This document shows positions 34,310 through 46,613 of a stretch of DNA of 64,000 nucleotides, one piece after another. Both the position numbers and the translations under genes were made by a program. Origin of the DNA: Guillardia theta CCMP2712 (Eukaryota; Protista; Cryptophyta). Numbering within the stretch: position 1 is the first letter of the stretch; each line of letters begins with the position of its first letter. Below the pieces are notes generated by a model. It was not told the origin of the DNA, ran no database searches, and saw only the letters and a program-made list of their open reading frames with translations. The DNA lies in contig NW_005434641.1 of the NCBI RefSeq assembly GCF_000315625.1, forward strand, positions 325,113 through 389,112, in the 5' to 3' direction.

Positions 34310-35522
34310 ATGAGCATGGGGTTTCTCAAGAGATATCAATACCGTGATGTTGTTGAGGTAAAAGCTGAGAGGCGCCCAGTCAAGATCATTTACAACGAGG
34401 CAAACAAGACGCAGTTTGAATTCACCTTCTCACACGTCATCCAACAGTCCAGGACAGAACTAGAGAAGCAAAGGTTGTACCAGTCAACAAGAACGCAGGT
34501 CCAACAGCTAACAGAGCTGATCCAACTGCTGGAGTCGCACAGGGCCTCCCTCCTGAGTGAGTTGGAGCCGAGCAGCTCTACAGTGCGTACTGGGAATTCA
34601 GCCACCTGGCAGAGCCATGTATGGGGCCAGCCGGTCTGTTCTTCACTGTGGGATCTCTCGTTGAATCAAGACGCAAATCGAACCTTGAGGACAAGCCCGA
34701 GCGAGCATGAGGTATCGGGCCATAGGACTCAAGGACAAGGCGATTGCCCTGTAAGTGACAGCGAGGATCTTGTAAAACAGCAGCCATACACAGAAACGGT
34801 GCCTTCACACCAGTCATATCACTGCAATCGCATGATAGTCGGGACGGGTCCAAGGTGAGCAGCTTGTTTTGTTCTCAGCACTTGAATTGACGACTTGATT
34901 TACAAGTATTCTGACAAAAAAAGGCTTCGATGTTCTTCCTACGAGCACGATGATAGAGAGAATGGGAGCAGCAAGCGGCACGAGTCCAACCTCCCCGGCA
35001 AGATCGTCCTCACCGCTGAGACTGCCTGCGAGATCTACGCCATGAGGCCCTCCCGCTCCGACGACAGCAAGGGGGAGGCGCGTGCCAAGAGCCACAGCGC
35101 GGAGATCGCTCGCAAGTATGGAGTGACGGCCAAGACGATAAGAGACATATGGAACCGCAGCACGTGGAGCAAGGCGACGCGGAAGCTCTGGACCGAGGAG
35201 GAGACGAGGATCTACCACCACAACAAGCTGACCAGACACCACAAGCTGCTGGTGCAGACTATCAAGGAGCAAGGTGATGTGCAGACGCGGGAGGGAGGAG
35301 GGTTGGGATTGCGATGAGGGAGGGGGTAGGAGGGGCTACAAGGGCATGTGGGAGGGGAGGAGGGAGGGGATGAGAGGGCGTGACTGCTTGGGTGTAGGAG
35401 GGGGCGACGATTCCAATGAGGCTTCTTCGTTTGTGAGCGATCATGATGATGCTCCTGAGATCTTAGCATGGGAACAAGGAGATTCTTCGTATGGAGGAAC
35501 CTTGGTCAGCACTACCAGATGA
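34310..35522 (+). CDS. Putative HTH transcription factor, paralog A
   Basis: Three exons; short coiled coil QVQQLTELIQLLESHRASLL and HTH-like VLTAETACEIY...SAEIARKYGVTAKTIRDIWNRSTW. Confidence 0.7.
34963..35401 (+). repeat. Copy 1 of a ~440-bp near-identical duplicated block (copy 2 at 38303-38741)
   Basis: Exonic part appears identical at an offset of 3340 bp; a few differences in the following intron. Confidence 0.95.
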
Positions 35523-37491
35523 TTGTGAATGAATTCAACATCCATCTGTTGTGATATGCTATTTCTGTTTTTTGACTTGAACAAGAAACAGCGAGGTATT
35601 CAATATATGTGATGAACGTATTTGAACCCAGAAGCAAAACAATATACTGTCACAAAGAGATCGTCCCTTTGAGGGCGTTCTCGGTTTGTTGGACCGCCGT
35701 TTGTCGCGTCTGTACCGTACGGAGTGCTGCCTGTAGATAGAATTCATTGATTACCGTTCACAGCGCCTGATCATCGGAAGTCTACAAGTAGCCGGGAGTA
35801 CAGCCGCGAGGCTCAGCTTCAAGCGAGGGCCGCATTGCATCCGATCATCGGATGCTTCGTTGAAGTTGGAAGTGACTCCGCCCGGGTCACTCACCGTCAA
35901 ATAAGCAACACTGACAAGACTGCCCGATCATCGGTGTTGATGCAACTTGAACCGCTTAACCGCTGTAGTCTGATGGAAAGTTCAATCATCACCAGAGTTG
36001 CTGTTCTGACTGACAAATCTCTCTTTTATAAATCAGTAAACTGCACATTGCAAAGGCTTCGATAAAGCCCTGCATCGAGGTGAATTGGGGGGTGGGGGTA
36101 GGTGGGGTGGGGTGTGCATAGTAAAAGGCAGAAGCCTAAAGGCCCAGGAGAATGAACGAGCCTCAAGAGTCGCCTTGCGGGAAGTATAATGAGTCTGGTA
36201 ACCTGGTAGGGTGGGGTGGGGCCGATGCGAGTGTCTGAGAAAGGGTGGGGTATAAGGGGTGGGGTAGTTGTCGTGTCACCTTGGGAACATGGGGGTCAGG
36301 GCCCCGTGACTGTCTGACCATCGAACTTCTTGCTTGTCTCCCTATAGCTCCTGCACCCCCCGTGCTCCTCCTCCTCCCTCCCCCTCACCCCTACCGAGAT
36401 CCTTCCCCTCCACCCCTCCACCCGGGTGCAACCTTTATCTTGCAGCGCTTCGGCTTCCTAATCCTTTTAAATGAAACGTTTGAGTTTCACCTCATCAGCA
36501 TTACATGTAGTAAATATGAATCATTCTGGTTTAGAAGATTAAAAGGGACAAGAAGGGAGCCAAAAACATGACTCATGACCCCACCTCAACATTTCCCTTA
36601 CCTTACTACTGCATGCACCCCTCCATCCAATACCGCACTGACCACGTGAGCCATGCTATCTCAGAACCCTACCTATATCCTTTAGAAGGATTTTCAGATA
36701 TTTAGTTGGTGGGTACTGTCAGCAAGGTGTACATGGACTTTTATAAAATGGCATATTTTTAATTAAAAAAACCTTTTAGATCTCGAGAAGTGACTGGAGG
36801 TGTTTGGCTGGGTGAGTGGGTGGGGGTGGCTTCAGAGTCGGAGGCGTTGCGTCTAAAAGCCTCTTCCACCTACCCCCAGGACACTGTACCCCTACTTCTA
36901 GACAAGAGTCCTCTGAGTACCCCCTTTCTAAACTTCTGTCAGTCATTTTGGGGGTCATCAAGCCTAATTTGTCTGTCTAATGTACCCCTGCTTCATGACC
37001 CCACCCCCTCAATCCACATGTACCCTCAAAGAAATATCACAAATCAACCTAGTACCGGTGGTGCTTTACTCCTCATCGTTGCCCTGTGCGGTCTTTGGTT
37101 GGTTGCCTGTCCTTGTCTGGCCCCCTCCGCTTCGTTTCTCCAAGACTCTGCTCTCTTCGAAGCAAACGATCCAATGCGTGTATAACAGGTAAGGTGAATA
37201 CCCTTGGTGCTGTATGGCAACTGTCCCTGAATGCTCTTACTGTGCCCGTGTGATGATAGCCCCTTGTCACGATTCATTTATGTTATATCCTCTGTTCTTC
37301 TTGCACATTGTTCTCGCTCAAAACTTTGTTACGATTTCTCGACTTCATGACTGGCATGCTGCTCATCGTAAGAGAGTTGAGAAGTGTTCTGATACCCATC
37401 TGCCGGTGCGATTCTTGATCGAATTGCTTGTTCGTTCCCGGTGACTGTCGCCATCTTTGATGATATAATTTCCTTCCAGGGACTTTGCCAC

Positions 37492-38838
37492 ATGCAGGAC
37501 ATGAATGCGATTTCTGCCTTCAACTATGTCGGCGGAAGCAACCAACCCCGAGAACTCGAGATGCTGAGGGACTTCAGCAAGTGCCTCCTTCCAACTGTGC
37601 GGGTCAACAGCCAGCTGCCAACAACTCAGAGCTCGAATCCTCTGCTGGGTGCCTCAGCAAACGCAAACATGTTCATTCCCAACGCAAAGCCTGGTTACGG
37701 CCCTTTTCAGATCAGCCAACTTTCCCCTCCTCAAGACTGTAGTCCTGCTCACGGCACTGGTTTGACCTCTTACGGCGCGTCCGCCAGTGCCGAGGCCTCG
37801 TTTCAAGGCTTGCTCAAGGCAAACAATGCCAAGGCGATCCTGACGCAGGTTGAGCAGATCAACGACCTTATCAAGACGTTGGAGCAGAAGCGAAGCTTGC
37901 TCTTGCAGTCCCTATCCGAGGCCTCAACCCCGCAACCCGCCATCGCGATGTTCGGTCAGGGGGGCTATCAAAACGCTTTAACGGACATGTTCTCGTCCGG
38001 CTTCCTCCACGGCAATCAGATCCATCCGCTAGGCTCGACGTCTCTGCAGACGAACGTCGGACAAGCACGACCTGATTACAACGACTCAAGCTTGATTCAA
38101 AACATCCCTCACCTTCAGCCTTCCTGTCATCAGGACCATCCAGCGGTCAAGTCTGAGCCGCCAACGTCAATTGCAAAGAGCGAGGTTTTTGCAACCTTGC
38201 TCCTTGCTCGCTGCTAAACCCTGTGCAGGCTCACGTCTCATGTGATCTGCCATCATCTGCAGCCAAACGGAAACATAGCAGCGACTCCGATGAGGAGGGA
38301 CCTGGGAGCAGCAAGCGGCACGAGTCCAACCTCCCCGGCAAGATCGTCCTCACCGCTGAGACTGCCTGCGAGATCTACGCCATGAGGCCCTCCCGCTCCG
38401 ACGACAGCAAGGGGGAGGCGCGTGCCAAGAGCCACAGCGCGGAGATCGCTCGCAAGTATGGAGTGACGGCCAAGACGATAAGAGACATATGGAACCGCAG
38501 CACGTGGAGCAAGGCGACGCGGAAGCTCTGGACCGAGGAGGAGACGAGGATCTACCACCACAACAAGCTGACCAGACACCACAAGCTGCTGGTGCAGACT
38601 ATCAAGGAGCAAGGTGATGTGCAGACGCGGGGGGGAGGAGGGTTGGGATTGCGATAAGGGGAGGGGGTATAGGGGCTACAAGGGCATGTGGGAGGGGAGG
38701 AGGGAGGGGATGGGAGGGCGTGACTGCTTGGGTGTAGGAGGAGACGGTGAGCAGGTTGAAACGCCGCTGAGCTCGCAAATGAAGGAAATCTCAAGATCGA
38801 GGAAGCTCGAAAGCAAGCCAAGTTCGCCAGATGAGTAG
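37492..38838 (+). CDS. Putative HTH transcription factor, paralog B
   Basis: Same HTH exon as paralog A; coiled coil QVEQINDLIKTLEQKRSLLL; Q/S/P-rich N-terminus. Confidence 0.72.
38303..38741 (+). repeat. Copy 2 of the ~440-bp duplicated block
   Basis: Matches 34963-35401. Confidence 0.95.
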
Positions 38839-39014
38839 TGGAGGTGATGATTGATGAGAAGTTGTATATTAAATAAACAGTGAACTCGCATCAACACTGC
38901 TATATGCGATGACATGCGCCTATTGAATATCGCGTGACAATCTGCCTCTCTTCTCACTGTTTCATCCACTCACTTTCAAACAATGAGACTCAGTCTTCTC
39001 AAATAACAAAGTAC

Positions 39015-41210
39015 TCCTCTTCTCTGCTCCCCTTCTCTGCTCCCCTTCTCTGCTCCCCTTCCCTCCTCCTCTTCTCTGCTCCTCTTCCCTGCTCCCCTTC
39101 TCTGCTCCCCTTCTCTGCTCCTCTTCTCTGCTGCTCCCCTTCTCTGCTCCCTCTTCTCTGCTCCTCTTCTCTGCTCCTCTTCTCTGCTCCTCTTCTCTGC
39201 TCCTCTTCTCTGCTCCTCTTCTCTGCTCCTCTTCTCTCCTCCTCTTCTCTGCTCCTCTTCTCTGCTCCCCTTCTCTGCTCCTCTTCTCTGCTCCCCTTCT
39301 CTGCTCCTCTTCTCTGCTCCTCTTCTCTGCTCCTCTTCTCTGCTCCCCTTCTCTGCTCCTCTTCGCTGTTCCCCTTCACTGCTCACCTTCTCAGCTCCCC
39401 TTCTCCGCTCCTCTTAACGGCNNNNNNNNNNNNNNNNNNNNNNNNNNNNNNNNNNNNNNNNNNNNNNNNNNNNNNNNNNNNNNNNNNNNNNNNNNNNNNN
39501 NNNNNNNNNNNNNNNNNNNNNNNNNNNNNNNNNNNNNNNNNNNNNNNNNNNNNNNNNNNNNNNNNNNNNNNNNNNNNNNNNNNNNNNNNNNNNNNNNNNN
39601 NNNNNNNNNNNNNNNNNNNNNNNNNNNNNNNNNNNNNNNNNNNNNNNNNNNNNNNNNNNNNNNNNNNNNNNNNNNNNNNNNNNNNNNNNNNNNNNNNNNN
39701 NNNNNNNNNNNNNNNNNNNNNNNNNNNNNNNNNNNNNNNNNNNNNNNNNNNNNNNNNNNNNNNNNNNNNNNNNNNNNNNNNNNNNNNNNNNNNNNNNNNN
39801 NNNNNNNNNNNNNNNNNNNNNNNNNNNNNNNNNNNNNNNNNNNNNNNNNNNNNNNNNNNNNNNNNNNNNNNNNNNNNNNNNNNNNNNNNNNNNNNNNNNN
39901 NNNNNNNNNNNNNNNNNNNNNNNNNNNNNNNNNNNNNNNNNNNNNNNNNNNNNNNNNNNNNNNNNNNNNNNNNNNNNNNNNNNNNNNNNNNNNNNNNNNN
40001 NNNNNNNNNNNNNNNNNNNNNNNNNNNNNNNNNNNNNNNNNNNNNNNNNNNNNNNNNNNNNNNNNNNNNNNNNNNNNNNNNNNNNNNNNNNNNNNNNNNN
40101 NNNNNNNNNNNNNNNNNNNNNNNNNNNNNNNNNNNNNNNNNNNNNNNNNNNNNNNNNNNNNNNNNNNNNNNNNNNNNNNNNNNNNNNNNNNNNNNNNNNN
40201 NNNNNNNNNNNNNNNNNNNNNNNNNNNNNNNNNNNNNNNNNNNNCTTCTCTGCTCACCTTCTCTGCTCCCCTTCTCTGCTCCACTTCTCTAATCCCCTTC
40301 TCTGCTCCCCTTCTCTGCTCATCTTCTCTCCTCCTCTTCTCTGCTCCCCTACTCTGCTCCCCTTCTCTCCTCCTCTTATCTGCTCCTCTACCCTGCTCCT
40401 CTTCCCAGCTCCTCTTCACTGCTCCACTTCTCTGCTAACATTCACTGGGCCCATTCTCTAATCCTAATCTCTGCTACTCTAATGTGATCCACTTCTNNNN
40501 NNNNNNNNNNNNNNNNNNNNNNNNNNNNNNNNNNNNNNNNNNNNNNNNNNNNNNNNNNNNNNNNNNNNNNNNNNNNNNNNNNNNNNNNNNNNNNNNNNNN
40601 NNNNNNNNNNNNNNNNNNNNNNNNNNNNNNNNNNNNNNNNNNNNNNNNNNNNNNNNNNNNNNNNNNNNNNNNNNNNNNNNNNNNNNNNNNNNNNNNNNNN
40701 NNNNNNNNNNNNNNNNNNNNNNNNNNNNNNNNNNNNNNNNNNNNNNNNNNNNNNNNNNNNNNNNNNNNNNNNNNNNNNNNNNNNNNNNNNNNNNNNNNNN
40801 NNNNNNNNNNNNNNNNNNNNNNNNNNNNNNNNNNNNNNNNNNNNNNNNNNNNNNNNNNNNNNNNNNNNNNNNNNNNNNNNNNNNNNNNNNNNNNNNNNNN
40901 NNNNNNNNNNNNNNNNNNNNNNNNNNNNNNNNNNNNNNNNNNNNNNNNNNNNNNNNNNNNNNNNNNNNNNNNNNNNNNNNNNNNNNNNNNNNNNNNNNNN
41001 NNNNNNNNNNNNNNNNNNNNNNNNNNNNNNNNNNNNNNNNNNNNNNNNNNNNNNTCTCTGCTCCTCTTCTCTGCTCCGCTTCTCTGCTCCCTTCTCTGCT
41101 CTCTTCTCTGCTCCCCTTCTCTGCTCCCCTTTTCTGCTCCCCTTCTCTGCTCCTCTTCTCTGCTCCTCTTCTCTGCTCCTCTTCCCTGCTCCTCTTCTCT
41201 GCTCCTCTTC
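39015..41210. repeat. Degenerate 13-bp satellite (TTCTCTGCTCCYC)n interrupted by two assembly gaps
   Basis: Units are visible on both sides of the N-runs; the middle block (40244-40496) is more degenerate or of low quality. Confidence 0.9.
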
Positions 41211-41589
41211 CCTATACGACCTTCCTTCAATACACATATATCGCAGCCTATGCCTCTTCACCCCGCAGTCTATGCCTCGCTACCCTCCGCCGCTTTTGCA
41301 CACCATGCTCGACCTGTAACATACGCTTCTCCCTCTCATTTCTCTGATCCCCAGAATCTCACACCCGAATTCACTTTCCCTTCCAACCTCCTGATCAGTT
41401 AAGTACCATGCTCCTGTCTCCCTGCCATAGTCCTGTCTCCCTGCAGCCCTTTTCGTCTTGTTTATTAGATTGCACCTCTTCCTGCATTTGGAATTGTCTT
41501 GTCTTGTCTTATCCTGCCCTGCCCTGCCCTGCCCTCCTGCTCCTGCTCCTGCTCCTGCTCCCCTGCTCCTGCTCCTGCTCCCCTGCTCC

Positions 41590-41667
<78 letters not shown>

Positions 41668-41883
41668 TCTTCTGTCTTCTCGTTCTGCTGTCCTTCTCAT
41701 GCGATTACTACAACACTAGTCAGCTCTGCGAAGGTCTTTTTCATGCCATGACGGATGCGAGATTAGGTAGGTGGGGTGTGCTGATGACCAGGGGTACTTC
41801 CTAGTTTTTTATAGGGGTTTGACAGCAGTAGATGGTGATGGGGGGGGTGGGTTGCACGAGGAACGGGGTAGTGGTAGGAGCAC

Positions 41884-44800
41884 ATGGAGCGCAACATGCT
41901 GAGACGGGTGGCGATGGTGGCGGCGGTGGCGATGCTGATGATGATGGCGGAAGGAGCGAGAGGAGATGAAACGATCGAGAAGAAAGAACATGTGGCAGCA
42001 ACACAAGGACAAGACTCACGCATGGCGTCAGACACAAGCTTGCCCATGGGCTCGCGCGAGAACCAAGGGTTGGGAACCAAAGGTAGCGAATCCCGGGATC
42101 AAGATAGTCTCAAGGAGCAAGACAACCAAGACAGCACGAGTGATAAGACCAGCGAAAAGGAGCAGCAAGAAGCAGCCCGTGAAGCTCAGGAAGAGGAGGA
42201 TGAGGACCAACTCTTAAGTGCTGTGGCGAAATTCAAAGAGAGGAAGCGAAGAGAACAGGAGACGGCCGAGAAGGCTAAGAACCAGTTTGTGTCTAGCAGC
42301 TCCATGTCTGATTCGAAGTCAAGTCAGGAGGATGAGAGTCCTAGCGGCCCTCGGAGCTCCCCAGCTCCCATCCAGTTCATCGCCAACGAGACCATGGACG
42401 AGGTACCTGACGCTGTCGCGTCCTCCTGCTAACATGACATGCAGCTTGATGCGGAGCGATTGGCTTTCGAGGCGGCACAACGAGCTGTGGAGGAGGAGGA
42501 GGCTAGACAAGAGGCGCTACGGTGAGCGACGAGATCACAAGCTGGCGCTGACTTGGTCAGGTTGGAGCGAGAGGCGGAGGAGGGTCAGCTGAACGAGAGG
42601 GCCGGGAGAGGGCGGGCAGAAGCTCAGGTGAGGAGCGAGGGAGGAGGAGAAGCCTGACGTCCCTCGCAGCGCTTGTTCAACGAGCAGGAAGTGAAACGCA
42701 TGCATGGAGACTTCGCGAAACCCGTCGAGCGCAAGTACAAGGAGCAGCTGCGATGCTCGGAGTGTCACGTCGGTACGCGAGTTGAGGCGCGAGGGGACGC
42801 GAGGGTGACGAGGAGAAGTTGTGGTGGGTGCTCGAGGACGACTCGCGCGAGGAATTATCGAGAAGCTTGTGTCCCTGGGGGAGAATGTGCTAGCGATCGC
42901 GCGGCCCGTGCGATGTGGTGAGAGGAGAAGGCGGAGGAGGACCTGCGATGATAGTCATACAGGAATTATTTCTGTGCCAAGATGGTTTGCAGAGCTAATG
43001 GTCAAGTCCAAGTGAGGACTGACTCTTGCATACTCCCCTATTCCCCTTCTTCCCTCCTTCTTTCTCAATCACTTCTTCTCTTCTCCTTCTCCTTCTCCTC
43101 TATCCTCCTCCTCTCAACTTTCTCCCTTCCTTGCCGCTCATCTTCTTGCACTTTTCCTCTTCACATCCTTCCTATCTTCGTACCCTCCATCCCTCCTTCC
43201 CTCCTTCCCTCCTTCCTACCTGCCTTCCTTCCTCCTTCTCTCCTCCTTCTCTCCTCACGGCGGCAATAGAGTGCGCGGGATGAGCCTCGAGTGGGATGGA
43301 GGAGATGTCACGATCCCTCACTCTCTCAGCTTCTCCTTCAACAACGCCAAGGTGACTGCTACCCTCCGCTATCCGCCACCCCACCTCTCCTTTCTCCTGT
43401 CCGCTCTCCTCTCCCTCGCCTTCAACGCCCCTCCTTCCCCTTCTTCTCACCCCCCTGCTTCCTTTTCTTGTCTTTCTCACGTGTCAGCTTAGGCTGTCAT
43501 CTTCGCCGCCACCTCCACGCCAGACAGTGAGGTCTGTGTCAACGGCAAGCTCAACGGCGCCAAGCACGTGGATCGAGACGGTCTCGCCAAGGTTGCGACA
43601 GTTGCGGGTGAGCGAGAGGAGCGAGGAGAGAGGAGGAGCGAGGAGAGAGGAGGAGAGAGGAGAGAGGTTGAAGAAAGCAGCAAGGAGCAGTCAGACAGTA
43701 AGAGGAGGGAGGGACTTGGGACCTGAAAGCAGGAAGGGAGAGCAGGGAGAAGGGAGGGAAGGAGAAGAATAACTCGTCTCCTGCAGTTCAATTCGGCGTC
43801 GAACGTCTCATCGTCATCAGCGAGGCAGGAGTTTCTCGCCCCTTGCAGACTTCGATGCAGAGGTAGCGAAAGATGAAGAAGAGAGGGAGAGAGGGGAGAG
43901 AGGGGAGTGGTTTAAGAGAAGGTCGAGGAAAAGAGGACAGACAAGAAGAGGAAGACAGAGGTGGTGGTGGTGGTGAAGGAGGAGGAGGAGGAGGTGGTGG
44001 TGGTGGTGGTGAAGGAGGGGGAGGTGGTGGTGGTAGTGGTGGTGAAGGAGGGGGAGGAGGAGGAGGTTTCAGGCACGTGGCAGGCTGTCAAAGATGTCCT
44101 TCAATTCGAGCTCGCTCAACAAGCTCAGGAGCAAGGTGAAGAAACAGCCCTTACGTCCTGCTGATGATCCCTTCCTGATGGTTCCCCGTCCCTTCAGTAC
44201 GAGGGCGAGAGGCTCATGGCAGACATCGTCAAGGTTAGGAGCAGCCGTCGCCTCCCGCTCTCGCTTGACCGTCTCCTCAGAGCTCCAACGGCTCTCTCAC
44301 CTACACCGTGATCCGGGCGGCGAGGATGGGAACAAGGTGCTGCCGCGTCGACAGGATGAGGAATGACGGTTTGAGCAGCTCGCACGAGAAAGCCTACAGC
44401 GTTGAAGCCAGTGAGGTCTGCACGAGACAGGGCGACAACCTGCCATGGGAGGTGCGAGGAGAAGAGAAGGAGGATCATTTGAGGAGGGGAGGGGAGGGGA
44501 GCCTGAGGACAAGAGGGGAGGGGAGCCTGAGGACAACAGAGGAGCCCAGCTGGACAAGAGGGGAGGGGAGCCTGAGGACAAGAGGGGAGGGAGCTTACGG
44601 ACAGGAGGAGGAACTGATTTCTTTCAGGCCTGGGCCTCGCGCTCTAAAGTGGCTGCGATTGCTGTGGAAGCAATCTTTCAAGCCTCAGCTCGCAACGTCG
44701 TGATCGAGGCAACGAGAGGGGAGGGGAGAAGGGAAGAGGAAGAGAGGCGGGGCAGGGAGAGGAGGAAGCCGGGGGGAGAGGAGGGGGGAAGGGAGAGGAT

Positions 44801-45445
44801 GGGGGCGCTGAGGTAGGAGGATCAGGTGGAGGACATCGAGTCGTACCAGCATCGGAAGATCGACGAGGAGGACAGGATGCTGTCCAAGTGCGGTCAGACG
44901 TCGTGGGCTGCTCACTTCAAGACGAGGATACAAGATACTCTCCAACATATCCCCTCAAGGTCCCTGCCATTTTCTTCCCGTTCCACCCCCTAAATCTCCC
45001 TCCTGTTCCACTTCCCGTCCCCCCTCACTCTCTTCCCTAGTCTCCTTCCTCTTCGCACTTCACTCCCACCCCCACCCCTCCACCAATTCTCCGTCTCGCT
45101 CCCTGTCCTCACACCCTTGCAGCTCCCTGAGGAGACGCGAAGACCTGCTGCTCCTTCAGAGGTCAGTCGGTCACGAGCTTCCTCGTCCTCACTCTCCTCC
45201 TAGGGACTTGCGCGTCATCAACGCACTGGAGGGGGCGATGCCAGAGGCAGCACACGCGGGTGACTCTCTTCTTCCTCTGTCCTAATCTACCCCTGCCCCT
45301 GCCCCTCCACCTTCCCCCTCCCCTCTTCCCTTCCCCCTCCCCTCTTCCCTTTCCCTGCCCGCTCTCTGGGTTCTCTCTCTCCTCCTCTTGTAACTCCTCA
45401 CGTGTCATCAGAGCGATCGAGCCTGTCACGAGGAGCGAGCTCTAG
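41884..45445 (+). CDS. Atypical short-chain dehydrogenase / NAD(P)-binding Rossmann protein (TIC62/NmrA-like) with N-terminal signal peptide, multi-exon
   Basis: Hydrophobic N-terminus, charged linker, then VVGARGRLARGIIEKLVSLGENVLAIAR, GDVTIPHSL, AVIFAA, VDRDGLAKVA, GVERLIVISEAGV, YEGE, LTYTVIRA, ASRSKVAAIAVEA; hydrophobic segment near the C-terminus. Confidence 0.7.
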
Positions 45446-46097
45446 CTGGACTCGCTACTAGGCTAGGGCCGCTGAGACCTTCAACTTAGGCTGGCACAGA
45501 TAGTCGGCAACACTCAGTGACTGACACTCTCCGATGATGTTCCGAGTCAGTGCCGCCGGACGGCCCTCGGCCGGACTCAGCCACTGTCACCGTCAGTGAC
45601 TGCCGGCGATCGGACTCCACCGGCCGTCACGGCCCCGGGCTGGCGTCTCCCGGCCCCTATGCGAAAATTTACTCAAAAGGCTCAAACTCGGCCCCCTCGC
45701 TGTCATGAAAAAGTTTTAGTTACCAAAAGTCTAACCCCACCCCTCTACCCCCCATATCTCTTGTAGAAGGACCCCTACAGTTACATCCCTAGCTAGAGCC
45801 CTCTAGCTCTTGACATCCACCCCACCGTACTCAATTACACCACCCCACCATATATGAGTGCCGAGGCCTCGGTAGCTACACGGGGTGGTTACGCGTCAGA
45901 ATTCGCACAGACGGGTGGGTGATAGATTTAGCTGTACCGGTACTTCGAGGGGAGGCATGCCAGGCTTGAAGGGGGTGGATACCTGGGGGTGGGGTCATAG
46001 AGCGATGCTATGAGAGGAAAGGGAGGGAGAGGATGGGGAGGTGCAGGCCTAGTTGGAGTGAGAAGGAGCAGGAGGAGGTGTTGGGTCAGCAGGAAAC

Positions 46098-46227
46098 GAA
46101 AGAAGAGAACAAGAGCTTGAAAAGAATCTGAAAGAAGAGAACAAGAGCTTGAAAAGAAGCTGAAAGAAGAGAACAAGAGCTTGAAAAGAAGCTGATAGAG
46201 GAGAACAAGAGCTTGAAAAGAAGCTGA
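46098..46227. repeat. 32-bp tandem repeat x4 (GAAAGAAGAGAACAAGAGCTTGAAAAGAAGCT)
   Basis: Directly visible, with minor substitutions; intergenic. Confidence 0.9.
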
Positions 46228-46613
46228 ACCTATACAGTGAGAAACTGAGACAGAATTGGAGGACTAGGTGTGATTATTAGCAAAGGGACGAAATCGATTT
46301 CAATGAGAAGTCAACTGAAGCAGAAACATTTATTCAAGAAAGGAACAGAGCCTGAAAGATCATCTTCCTTGTTGCATGGTTTGCAAATTGATCTTTGTGA
46401 ATGGCTTACAATGTTGCAGGGTCACAAACAAGTAGGAGTGGTATTGATGGACATACATGCAACCATCTGCTGCCTCCCTCGTGTTCATGACAAGCGAAAG
46501 CCTCACAGCTGCGTGATATCCTCCTTCCCTTCAATATCCTTCTCTCTTGGTTGAGCGGGTCCCTGACATCTCAAGCGCTTTCGCGGAGAATCGACCGCTT
46601 TGTTTGAGAGACT

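Noticed and set aside
34895-38657. Duplicated HTH block as a transposase or LTR pair
   Set aside because: No DDE, RT or integrase domain, TIRs or target-site duplication seen; the block is an internal exon plus intron of two genes.
38934-41347. Long ORFs spanning N-runs
   Set aside because: Artefacts of satellite sequence plus assembly gaps.
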